NCBI GenBank assembly: GCA_019429325.1 | Contig: JAHYJA010000002.1 | Location: 1 to 59,949, forward strand | Direction of reading: 5' to 3' | Length of the DNA: 59,949 nt | DNA from: Bacteroidales bacterium | GTDB taxonomy: Bacteria; Bacteroidota; Bacteroidia; Bacteroidales; VadinHA17 | In this document: positions 47,055-58,323 of the stretch, in pieces | Numbering within the stretch: position 1 is the first letter of the stretch | Layout: every line of letters starts with the position of its first letter | Position numbers and translations under genes: made by a program | Notes under the pieces: model-generated | Told to the model about the DNA's origin: nothing | Database searches by the model: none | The model's input: the letters and a program-made list of their open reading frames with translations, nothing else

Positions 47055-48842
47055 TTACATTCGTTCAGGCATTTCAATCCCAAGGAGCCACATCCCTGCG
47101 GACAGGACACGGCTTGTCAGTCCGGAAAGGATAAGTCTGAAATTCCTTAATGCCTTGTTTTCCTCACCAAGGATGGAAAAATCGTGGTAGAACTGATTGT
47201 ATTCCTTCGAAAGCTCATAACAATAGTTGGCAATCATGGCAGGGCTGTACGCTGCGGCGGCTTCTCTTACGGTGACGGGAAATCTCCTCAGGAGCTTTAT
47301 GAGATCAATCTCCTTCTGTCCCGGCCTGGCACTCATCAACTGAGAGATATCCGGCTCAATCCCCATCTCCCCGGCCTTGCGGTATACTGATCCTATCCTT
47401 GCGTACGTGTACTGGATAAATGGGCCCGTATTGCCATTAAAATCGATTGATTCACCGGGATTAAATGTCATGTTTTTATGGGGATCAACCTTAAGAATGT
47501 AGTACTTGAGGGCACCAAGCCCTATTTTCCTGAAGATATCAGCCTTCTCCTCCTCTGAGAAACCGGACAGCTTACCCAGTTCCATTGATACATCCCTGGC
47601 AGTCTCCTTCATTTCCCTTATGAGGTCATCAGCATCGACTGTAGTTCCTTCGCGCGATTTCATTTTCCCATCCGGCAGTTCAACCATTCCGTATGAAAAA
47701 TGGATCAGTCCGTCTGCCCATTTATATCCAAGCTTTTTCATAAGTACCCTCAGTACCTGGAAATGATAATTCTGTTCGTTGCCAACCACATAGATCGTCT
47801 TCTCAAACCTGTAGTCGTTATGGCGCGCCACAGCGGTGCCGAGATCCTGGGTAATATATACGGCGGTACCATCGGATCGCTGTAATACTTTATGGTCGAG
47901 ACCTTCAGCCGTAAGGTCTGCCCAGATTGAATTATCATTATGGCTGTAGAGTATCTTATCCCTGAGAGCAGACAGAACTATCTCCTTTCCTGTCTTGTAT
48001 GTTTCTGATTCGTAGTAAATTTTGTCAAAGTCGACCCCCAGCATTCTGTAAGTCTCTTCAAATCCCTCGTAAACCCATGAATTCATCGTTCTCCAGAGAT
48101 CTACAACCTCCTTTTCCCCGGCTTCCCATCTGACAAGCATCTCCCTTGCCTCCTGCATCAGCGGAGCTGAATTCCTGGCTTCAGCCTCTCCTGTTCCCTG
48201 CAAAACCAGCTCTTCAATCTGAGCCTTGTACTCCCGTTCAAAAGTCACATAATACTTCCCGACAAAATGGTCTCCCTTCATGCCAGTGCTCTCCGGAGTC
48301 TCTCCATTACCATATTTCTGCCAGGCGAGCATCGACTTGCAGATATGAATGCCCCGGTCGTTTACTATGTTGGTCTTGTAAACGTTATGTCCACACGAAG
48401 AAAGTATCCTGAACAACGAATATCCCAGAAGATTATTACGTATGTGCCCAAGATGAAGCGGTTTGTTGGTGTTGGGTGAAGAGTATTCGACAAGAATGGT
48501 TTCGGGATTATCTACCCTGCAGACACTGAAAAGATCTTCTTCTCCTGCTGTTGCCCGGAAATATTCCATCCACCACCTGTCGGATATCTCAAGGTTGAGA
48601 AACCCCTTGACCACATTGAAACCTGTTACTGCAGGAAGTTTTTCGCTTAAGTAAGCTCCGATATCCTTCCCGGTCTGCTCAGGGGTGTTTTTGGAAAAGC
48701 GCAGAATTGGGAATACAACCAGGGTAAAATCACCCCTGAAATCTTTCCTGGTCTCCTGAATCTGAATCAGTTCATCCTCCGCATCATTGTTATAGAGGGT
48801 TTTAACAGCCTCTTTGATGCAGTTCTTAATGACACTCTCCAT
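47055..48842 (-). CDS. argS: arginine--tRNA ligase
   Basis: SPNTNKPLHLGHIRN (HIGH) and a C-terminal anticodon-binding domain ending in M. ATG 48842 chosen. Confidence 0.95.
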   Translation of the reverse strand: MESVIKNCIKEAVKTLYNNDAEDELIQIQETRKDFRGDFTLVVFPILRFSKNTPEQTGKDIGAYLSEKLPAVTGFNVVKGFLNLEISDRWWMEYFRATAGEEDLFSVCRVDNPETILVEYSSPNTNKPLHLGHIRNNLLGYSLFRILSSCGHNVYKTNIVNDRGIHICKSMLAWQKYGNGETPESTGMKGDHFVGKYYVTFEREYKAQIEELVLQGTGEAEARNSAPLMQEAREMLVRWEAGEKEVVDLWRTMNSWVYEGFEETYRMLGVDFDKIYYESETYKTGKEIVLSALRDKILYSHNDNSIWADLTAEGLDHKVLQRSDGTAVYITQDLGTAVARHNDYRFEKTIYVVGNEQNYHFQVLRVLMKKLGYKWADGLIHFSYGMVELPDGKMKSREGTTVDADDLIREMKETARDVSMELGKLSGFSEEEKADIFRKIGLGALKYYILKVDPHKNMTFNPGESIDFNGNTGPFIQYTYARIGSVYRKAGEMGIEPDISQLMSARPGQKEIDLIKLLRRFPVTVREAAAAYSPAMIANYCYELSKEYNQFYHDFSILGEENKALRNFRLILSGLTSRVLSAGMWLLGIEMPERM

Positions 48843-49081
48843 TAATATCTCTGTTTTTCCGCCTGCAAATATAACATTTTTAAAATATTGCCGTATAAAA
48901 CAGAGATCCCGCGACAGAAGGATCAGAACCAATCGGGCATTTTTTCAAACAGACTGGTTTTATTTATAGACTGGCGATTATTTTTGACAATTGTTCATTT
49001 CTTTTTGATGAAGGGTATGGAATAAACTTAAAAGAAGTTTTATTTTTGATTATGGTACTTAAATTCAGAAGCGGCAAAAAA

Positions 49082-49552
49082 ATGAAAGAGCCCATTTCCC
49101 CAAGCGAGCTGAAGAATCTTTTTGTAGACCCCACAGAAAAATCTCCCCTGATCGACCTTAACCATTTTACAGGAGAACTTATTATTGCGGGCAAATCGAT
49201 TCCTGTAAATGCAATCAAAATTTTCGAACCTGTCTTTAAATGGGTGACCGATTATGTGAAAAATCCCAGGCACACGACTAACCTCAGGCTTAATCTGGAA
49301 TATTTCAATACTGCATCCTCCATCTGGCTGGCAAAGATTGTCAAGGCTCTGGCCGGGATCAAAAATCCTGAATACGTACTCTTCCTTCATATATACTTCC
49401 CGATCGAAGATTTTGAAGATATCGAGGATATCAAGGACGATCTCAGTCCTGTTATCGACGTTATCAGCAATTCCACAGTAAGCATCGGTTTGAAGATATA
49501 CGGCACTGATGAACAAGGCAAGATCCTCAAGGAATCGATGATCTTCATCTAA
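49082..49552 (+). CDS. DUF1987 (SiaC-like) domain protein
   Basis: ...GELIIAGKSIPVNAIKIFEPVFKWVTDYVKNP...LRLNLEYFNTASS... matches the SiaC/DUF1987 pattern (G-S-xPEN, F-P-WL, L-YFNTSS). The longer antisense ORF has no recognisable features. Confidence 0.6.
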   Translation: MKEPISPSELKNLFVDPTEKSPLIDLNHFTGELIIAGKSIPVNAIKIFEPVFKWVTDYVKNPRHTTNLRLNLEYFNTASSIWLAKIVKALAGIKNPEYVLFLHIYFPIEDFEDIEDIKDDLSPVIDVISNSTVSIGLKIYGTDEQGKILKESMIFI

Positions 49553-49638
49553 AACCCACCGGGACCTTTTATCCTGCAATCCATAGAATCTTTTAATTTT
49601 TTGGCCTAACTTTGTTATGCCATAATTTTTTTTGAACA

Positions 49639-51150
49639 ATGCGAAAATTTTGCTTTATTCTGATTTTAATAATATTTCTTGTAATGGAAAGCTATTCCCA
49701 GAAAAGACAGGCTGACCGTCAACCGGCAGCCGCAGGAAGATTTTACGCCGCCAATAAAGAAACACTCATGAACGATCTCTCCCGGCACTTCGGGAACTGC
49801 GTGAAAAGCCCCGGAAATCAGAATGTCAGAGCTATTATCAGTCCTCACGCCGGCTATGTCTTCTCGGGCAATACCGCCGCTTCAGCTTTCTCCGCTGTTG
49901 ACAGGGACAAACCTCTTAAAAACATCTTCATCATAGGCTCCAGCCATATAATGCTGTTCGACGGCGCTTCAGTATATGGTTCAGGAGATTTTATTACCCC
50001 ATTGGGTAAGATAACCGTAAACAAAGAGATAGCAGGGAAACTCAGCAAAGAGAACAGAGTTTTCAACACATCGGTAACGGCTCATACACAGGAGCACAGC
50101 CTTGAAGTACAGATTCCATTTATCCAGTACTACTTTACCTCAGATCCCATGATCGTTCCCATCATTATAGGAACCAACAATACAAACAGTGTAAGGAAAA
50201 TCGCCGACGCTCTTAAGCCATGGTTCACGCAGGAAAATCTTTTTGTTATCAGCAGTGATTTCTCTCATTATCCTTCCTACAAGGATGCCATGGAAACAGA
50301 TGACATCACTGCCAACAGCATCGTCTCAGGGAATCCACAGGAATTTCTTAATACACTGAAGAGGAACTCCGAGAGAAATATTCCGGGACTCTCAACGAGC
50401 ATGTGCGGATGGACATCTGGTCTGCTGCTTATGTATCTGACCGAAGGAAATGACCTGCTCGAATATAAACGTATAGATTATTGCAACTCCGGTGACACCC
50501 GCTATGGCAATAAGGATGAAGTAGTTGGTTATCATGCGATTGCCGTTATCGAAAAAAACAATAAGCCGGCAGCCGCAAATTCACTTACAGATGAAATCTC
50601 CCTGACAGAACGGGAGACAGAAATGCTCTTCTCAATAGCTCGCAGCAGCATACAATCAAAGCTCGACAACCAGAAAATAACCCTCCCTGATGAAAAATCA
50701 CTTCCTGAGTTGTTCAGAAAGCCACTGGGGGCTTTTGTCACACTTAAAATAGACGGAAAATTAAGGGGTTGCATTGGCAGATTCGTCTCATCAGATCCAC
50801 TCTATGAAGTTGTTTCCGCATCGGCATGCTCTTCAGCATTTGAAGATGCCCGGTTCTCTCCTCTTACCAAACGGGAATATTCCAGAACCGAGATGGAAAT
50901 AACCGTCCTCGGACCCCTCAGAAAGATAAATGATATTAAGGAAATTATACCGGGTAAACATGGCATCTATATTAAAAAGGATTTCAGATCCGGAACAATG
51001 CTGCCCCAGGTTGCCACAGAGAACGGATGGAGCCTCGAGGAGTTCCTCGGCTATACATCGCGCGACAAGGCCGGTATAGGATGGGACGGATGGAAAAACG
51101 CCGAAATATATATTTACGAGGGACTGGTTCTTGAGGAAAACAAAAAGTAA
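49639..51150 (+). CDS. fused AmmeMemoRadiSam system protein B (MEMO1-like) and protein A (AMMECR1), with N-terminal signal peptide
   Basis: Signal/anchor MRKFCFILILIIFLVMESYS. MEMO motifs ISPHAGYVFSG, EHSLEVQIPF and SSDFSHY. AMMECR1 motifs LRGCIGRF, DARFSPL and LPQVA in the last ~190 aa. Confidence 0.85.
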   Translation: MRKFCFILILIIFLVMESYSQKRQADRQPAAAGRFYAANKETLMNDLSRHFGNCVKSPGNQNVRAIISPHAGYVFSGNTAASAFSAVDRDKPLKNIFIIGSSHIMLFDGASVYGSGDFITPLGKITVNKEIAGKLSKENRVFNTSVTAHTQEHSLEVQIPFIQYYFTSDPMIVPIIIGTNNTNSVRKIADALKPWFTQENLFVISSDFSHYPSYKDAMETDDITANSIVSGNPQEFLNTLKRNSERNIPGLSTSMCGWTSGLLLMYLTEGNDLLEYKRIDYCNSGDTRYGNKDEVVGYHAIAVIEKNNKPAAANSLTDEISLTERETEMLFSIARSSIQSKLDNQKITLPDEKSLPELFRKPLGAFVTLKIDGKLRGCIGRFVSSDPLYEVVSASACSSAFEDARFSPLTKREYSRTEMEITVLGPLRKINDIKEIIPGKHGIYIKKDFRSGTMLPQVATENGWSLEEFLGYTSRDKAGIGWDGWKNAEIYIYEGLVLEENKK

Positions 51151-51152
51151 TC

Positions 51153-53585
51153 ATGTATCATGTAGCGGGCACATCCTCAATTGCAATTATATTATACCTG
51201 ATCAGTTATTTCCTATACCGTAACGGCTTCTATACACTACAGATACACAGGAAATTATGGAATTCAATCCTGGCCCTTACATTCCTGTTCACAGCCCTTG
51301 CAGGTATCTTTCTTGCACTTCAGATCAATTATAAATGGAATATCCCTCTCACCGGCTTCCTGCTTAAATGGCACGTGGAAACCGGTGTGGCCATGGCCTT
51401 TGCCGGTTTCTTTCATCTGCTCTGGCACGTTTCGTATTACCTGAGATTGTTTGAGAAACATGACACGCCATCAGGCGAAAAGACATTTAATAACACCGAT
51501 ACAGCTGGCATTAAGGTCAACCTTTTTATAGTTGGTTTTATAAGCTCGGCTTTTCAGCTTTTGCTGATAAGGGAAATGATGAACCTCACAGGAGGGTATG
51601 AGCTTATTACCGGCACCTTTCTGGCTTCGTGGCTGATCACCTCGGCTATCGGATCTGTAATAGCCGGCAAATCAAACCTGTACAACCTGAAAAGAATTAA
51701 TCTGATCTTTTCTGTGAGCCCGCTGGTTTCTGTTTTTTTGTTTCTCCTGCTCTCCCGACTGTTTCTTAATACTGGAGAGACACCGGGCTTTCTGGCAAGT
51801 ATGATCTATACTCTTCTTGTGCTGCTGCCTTTCTGTACCATCTCGGGCTTCACTTTTATCAAATTAATCTCGGCAGCAAGATTATCAAGGAATTATACTC
51901 CCGGAAAATCTTTTTCAATTGAGACCGGCGGCGGTATAATATCAGGTATTTTAGTCGCAATTCTGAGCGCCGGCCTTCTTAATACCTATCAGATGTTGCT
52001 GGTACTAATCGTTTCCGGTGTTTCGTATGCTTTGCTGACATTTTACATTAAGTCGCCTGTGACCGGAATCATTGTCAGAACAATAGTTTTTATCCTCCTC
52101 TCCACGCTGATCATTACAAATCCTGATATTCTTTTCCGGTCACTGCTACTGCCCGGCATAACAGTCAACAGCTCGGAAGACACTCCATACGGGAATATTG
52201 TCAGAGGTGAATATGGTGGTGAACCCAGCATTTATTACAACCAGAGACTGGTTGCTTACCATGCCAATAGTGTTGAAAGGGAGGAGAATATTCACTACGC
52301 TGTGCTGCAGAGCGTCAATCCCGATAAATTGCTTCTGATCTCCGGTTCGATAAACTCCCATTTCGCGGAGATACTGAAGCATCCTGTAAGGGAAGTGGTG
52401 TATGTCGAACGCGATCCGGCCCTGACAAGACTGGAGGATATCCCTTTGCATGAAGGGCAGGCCAGGCTGGTTATTGAAACTGATGATGCATTCAGGTATA
52501 TAAGAAGCACCCCGAAAATGTTTGACGTCATTATACTTCTTCTACCCCCACCGTCCTCACTTCTTCTGAATAAATATTATACTGTTGAATTCTTCAGGTC
52601 AGTAAAGTCCCGGCTTAATCCCGGCGGAATCTTCATGTGTTCGCCAGGCATCTCATCAGGTTATTATAACGACGAAATGCTAAGACTCTTTTCTTCAGTT
52701 TATAATACACTCTCGGATGAATTCAGGAATGTTTTACCGATTGAGGGACATAAACTTTATTTTATTGCGTCGGATTCTGAACTCTCAGCATCATTCTGCC
52801 AACTTGCCGATGAAAGAAAAATCCAGAATACCTATGTCTCTGCCGATTTCCTCTCTGACGATCTGGTAACTGCAAAGTCAGAGGAGATCGTTGCCCTGAT
52901 GGACACGAATGTGAAAAGGAACAGGGCAATGTTCCCTGTAGCCTGCTTCTATTACCAGTCATATAATTTAAGCAGGAACATTCACCAGAAAACCCCATCG
53001 ATCATAATAATCCTGACTCTTTTTGTGCTTCCCATGTTCCTAATCAAAAGAAGGAATATACTTATGTATTCCTGTGCATCAGCGCTTGCGGGCTTTGAAA
53101 TCATCGTGCTTGTGATCCTTCAGATCACAGCCGGTAACATGTACCAGCTTACCGGCCTTATAATTGCAGGCCTTATGACCGGTCTTGCATACGGGGCGGG
53201 ATTCAGCATAAGCTTGCTTAATAATCTTTCAGTTACGGTCAAGAGTCTCATCCTTGTCTGCTCGTATCTACTTGCAGGTCTTATTGTTACAGGAATTACA
53301 GAAATAAAATCCCTCCAGCTTGTAACCGGGCTTCTTATCCTTTCTGCATTCATTCCGGCCCTGCTCACCGGGCACCTTTTCCGGATATTTACTTTAAAAA
53401 GCGGTTCAGAAGCAGATTCCGTCACTTCAGCGGTTTATACAGCCGACCTGGCAGGTTCTGCCCTTGGTTTTATTCTGATCTCAGGGCTTATTGTGCCTGC
53501 TCTCGGGATCAGGGCAGGAATATTTATCATAGCTGCTATGGTAATAAGCGGTTTTGTTGCCGGTGGGGCAGGAAAAAAGCTTTAG
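51153..53585 (+). CDS. polytopic membrane protein with central spermidine-synthase-like (PABS) domain
   Basis: 810 aa. About 8 N-terminal and about 7 C-terminal hydrophobic helices flank a soluble domain that aligns by eye with SpeE (LLLISGSINS..VYVERDP..DDAFRYI..FDVIILLLPPP..LNPGGIF). Starts 2 nt after the previous stop. Confidence 0.7.
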   Translation: MYHVAGTSSIAIILYLISYFLYRNGFYTLQIHRKLWNSILALTFLFTALAGIFLALQINYKWNIPLTGFLLKWHVETGVAMAFAGFFHLLWHVSYYLRLFEKHDTPSGEKTFNNTDTAGIKVNLFIVGFISSAFQLLLIREMMNLTGGYELITGTFLASWLITSAIGSVIAGKSNLYNLKRINLIFSVSPLVSVFLFLLLSRLFLNTGETPGFLASMIYTLLVLLPFCTISGFTFIKLISAARLSRNYTPGKSFSIETGGGIISGILVAILSAGLLNTYQMLLVLIVSGVSYALLTFYIKSPVTGIIVRTIVFILLSTLIITNPDILFRSLLLPGITVNSSEDTPYGNIVRGEYGGEPSIYYNQRLVAYHANSVEREENIHYAVLQSVNPDKLLLISGSINSHFAEILKHPVREVVYVERDPALTRLEDIPLHEGQARLVIETDDAFRYIRSTPKMFDVIILLLPPPSSLLLNKYYTVEFFRSVKSRLNPGGIFMCSPGISSGYYNDEMLRLFSSVYNTLSDEFRNVLPIEGHKLYFIASDSELSASFCQLADERKIQNTYVSADFLSDDLVTAKSEEIVALMDTNVKRNRAMFPVACFYYQSYNLSRNIHQKTPSIIIILTLFVLPMFLIKRRNILMYSCASALAGFEIIVLVILQITAGNMYQLTGLIIAGLMTGLAYGAGFSISLLNNLSVTVKSLILVCSYLLAGLIVTGITEIKSLQLVTGLLILSAFIPALLTGHLFRIFTLKSGSEADSVTSAVYTADLAGSALGFILISGLIVPALGIRAGIFIIAAMVISGFVAGGAGKKL

Positions 53586-53658
53586 TTTTCTTAAATTTGA
53601 GAAATTTAATCAATCTCTCGTGCCGCGTAACGGATCCGACATAAGCAAACGTGAGTTC

Positions 53659-54756
53659 ATGAAAAAGTGTCTGGCTTTTTCAGCAGGGATGGCTTGCTTA
53701 CCCGCCTCCGTGACATTTGCCGGCATACCCCGGCCGGATCAGTCCGCCGGCAGAAAAATTGCATTGTTCCAGGAAGAGACTCCCAGAGGGATAATGTGCA
53801 GGATTTGTCCGAATGAGTGTGTTCTCAGAGAGGGTGAACTTAGTCAGTGCAATAATCGCAGAGTGATCAGATCGAAACTATATACGCTTGCGTATGGTAA
53901 TCCGTGTTCAGCGAATGTTGATCCTGTTGAGAAAAAGCCTTTTTATCACTTCCTGCCTGGTTCGAGAACATATTCTATCGCCACCGCAGGCTGCAATATG
54001 GCATGCCTCAATTGCCAGAACTGGTCCATATCACAGACGAGTCCCGTTAAAACCAGGAACTTTGATCTGATGCCGGCGAAAGTACTTGAGGAATGCGTCG
54101 TCAGGGATTGTAAATCCATTGCATATACCTATACTGAGCCTGTAACATTCTATGAATACACCTACGAAACTGCCACTCTCGCAAAAAAAGCCGGGATAAA
54201 AAATATTCTCAAAACTAACGGATATATCAACCAGGAGCCACTCCGGCAGCTTTGCACCGTAATAGATGCGGCCAACGTCGATCTGAAATCATTTAACAAC
54301 AACACCTATCTGAGGCTTACAGGAGGAAAGCTGCAACCTGTCCTCGATTCATTGCTTACTTACAGGGATATGGGGGTTTGGCTGGAAATAACATATCTTA
54401 TTGTCCCCGCATGGACCGACAATACTGATGAAATACGGCAAATGTGCAGATGGCTGAGCAATAACGGTCTGGCTAAATCACCAATACATTTCAGCAGGTT
54501 TTACCCTACGCATAAGCTGCAGCAACTACCGCCCACCCCGGTAGAGACCCTGGAAAAGGCAGCAAAGATAGCAGCTGAGGAAGGTCTTCTCTATGTATAC
54601 ACAGGCAATGTTCCAGGCAATCAGCTCTCCGACACAAAATGTCCGGCTTGCAGTTCCACAGTTATCTCAAGGCAGGGTTACCGTGTTGCGTACAACACCC
54701 TGAGGGAAGGTAAATGCCCGAAATGTGCCGCATCAGTTGAAGGCATCTGGACCTGA
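53659..54756 (+). CDS. AmmeMemoRadiSam system radical SAM enzyme
   Basis: N-terminal Cys module CRICPNECVL...C, radical SAM CNMACLNC (CxxxCxxC), and C-terminal CPAC...CPKC. The start is uncertain: ATG 53659, GTG 53620 or the track's 53554. Confidence 0.85.
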   Translation: MKKCLAFSAGMACLPASVTFAGIPRPDQSAGRKIALFQEETPRGIMCRICPNECVLREGELSQCNNRRVIRSKLYTLAYGNPCSANVDPVEKKPFYHFLPGSRTYSIATAGCNMACLNCQNWSISQTSPVKTRNFDLMPAKVLEECVVRDCKSIAYTYTEPVTFYEYTYETATLAKKAGIKNILKTNGYINQEPLRQLCTVIDAANVDLKSFNNNTYLRLTGGKLQPVLDSLLTYRDMGVWLEITYLIVPAWTDNTDEIRQMCRWLSNNGLAKSPIHFSRFYPTHKLQQLPPTPVETLEKAAKIAAEEGLLYVYTGNVPGNQLSDTKCPACSSTVISRQGYRVAYNTLREGKCPKCAASVEGIWT

Positions 54757-54769
54757 TCTCATGAGCTGA

Positions 54770-56809
<2,040 letters not shown>

Positions 56810-56855
56810 CCAATAAGCGTTGCATACATTATCAAAAAACTCTTAGGTTTGCAAA

Positions 56856-57428
56856 ATGGAACTCTTCAGAAGAATAAGGCTGAAAGCAGGCAGATTTATG
56901 CTCTCCAGGAGGCTGTCGCGGGCACACAGGAAAGTTTCATATACAGGTATAGCCCATGTTAAAAACATTTTAATTGTATGGGACGCATCAAAACCTGAGG
57001 ATTTTGCCTCATTGTCTAAGTTTTACCTCAGGATGCAGGAGAGAAGTATTAACGTTGATATTCTGGGCTATTATCCCGGCGTTACACTCCCTGACCAGTA
57101 TACAGCAATCAGATATTTTACCTGTTTAAGGAGAAACGAGCTGAATTATTTTTATTTTCCTGTATTGCCCGGGGCTGAAAAATTCGTTAAAACCCCGTAT
57201 GACGTACTGATTGATATAAATTTTGAGCAATTGTTGCCCTTACTTTTCATTTCAGGATTGTCTGAAGCTCATTTCAAAGCAGGCCTGTCGGACAGCCAGC
57301 CCGAAAAGTCTCCTTTTGATCTTTTAATGAATATAAATAAACCGGTCAGTATTGATAATTACCTTACTCAGGTTGTGCACTATCTTGAGATGATAAATTC
57401 GGGAACAGAAGAAAAAGTTGATAAGTAA
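56856..57428 (+). CDS. conserved hypothetical protein upstream of dapA
   Basis: 190-aa ORF with normal composition and no recognisable motif. A TAGGTTTG box at 56844-56851 sits only 4 nt from this ATG, so the true start may be the internal Met at 56898. Confidence 0.5.
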   Translation: MELFRRIRLKAGRFMLSRRLSRAHRKVSYTGIAHVKNILIVWDASKPEDFASLSKFYLRMQERSINVDILGYYPGVTLPDQYTAIRYFTCLRRNELNYFYFPVLPGAEKFVKTPYDVLIDINFEQLLPLLFISGLSEAHFKAGLSDSQPEKSPFDLLMNINKPVSIDNYLTQVVHYLEMINSGTEEKVDK

Positions 57429-57438
57429 TTGATTAGAA

Positions 57439-58323
57439 ATGAAAAAGCTGAAAGGCACCGGTGTTGCCATAATTACACCCTTCAAGAATGATTCCAGCAT
57501 CGATTTTACTTCGCTGGGCCGCATAATCGAACACGTTATAACGGGGGGCATTGGTTACATCGTTTTGATGGGGACCACCGGGGAATCTGTGACCCTTACA
57601 AAGGATGAGAAGAAGGCACTGATGTCTTATGTCCTTGAGATTATTGACAACAGGGTCCCGCTAATCGTCGGGATAGGAGGCAATAATACCCAGGAAATCA
57701 TCAGTTTCATAAGAAATTCCGGATTAAAGGGTGTTGACGGGATACTCTCCGTTGCACCCTGTTACAACAAGCCTAATCAAAGAGGTATTTTACAGCATTT
57801 CAAGGCTATTGCCACATCCACTCCCCTGCCGATAATCCTGTATAATGTCCCGGGCAGGACCTGCAGCAATATTTCTGCCGACACCTGTCTTCAGCTTGCC
57901 CATGACTGTGAGAATATTGTAGCGATCAAGGAGGCCTCAGGAGACATGACGCAGATCATGAATATTATAAAAAACAAACCTGAGAACTTCCACCTGATCT
58001 CAGGTGATGATCTGATGACTCTTCCGATCATTGCAGCAGGCGGCTCGGGCGTCATTTCCGTGCTCGCAAACGCGTTTCCTGCCCAGTGCTGTGAGTTGGT
58101 GAGCCAGTCGCTCAAGAATAATTTCAAACCGGCCCGCGAGATACAGTTCCGTTTCCTGGAGATGATTGAATTGCTTTTTACCGAGGGCAATCCGGCAGGA
58201 ATAAAAGCAGTACTCAGCTCAATGAACCTTTGTCAGAATTACCTGCGCCTGCCCCTTGTCCCGGTCACGCGAAGCACTTATTTAAGGATCCAGAAAGCTA
58301 TTGAGGAAGTAAGCAGGTTCTGA
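57439..58323 (+). CDS. dapA: 4-hydroxy-tetrahydrodipicolinate synthase
   Basis: GTGVAIITPF, GTTGES, YNVPGRT and the active-site KEASG motif. Confidence 0.95.
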   Translation: MKKLKGTGVAIITPFKNDSSIDFTSLGRIIEHVITGGIGYIVLMGTTGESVTLTKDEKKALMSYVLEIIDNRVPLIVGIGGNNTQEIISFIRNSGLKGVDGILSVAPCYNKPNQRGILQHFKAIATSTPLPIILYNVPGRTCSNISADTCLQLAHDCENIVAIKEASGDMTQIMNIIKNKPENFHLISGDDLMTLPIIAAGGSGVISVLANAFPAQCCELVSQSLKNNFKPAREIQFRFLEMIELLFTEGNPAGIKAVLSSMNLCQNYLRLPLVPVTRSTYLRIQKAIEEVSRF

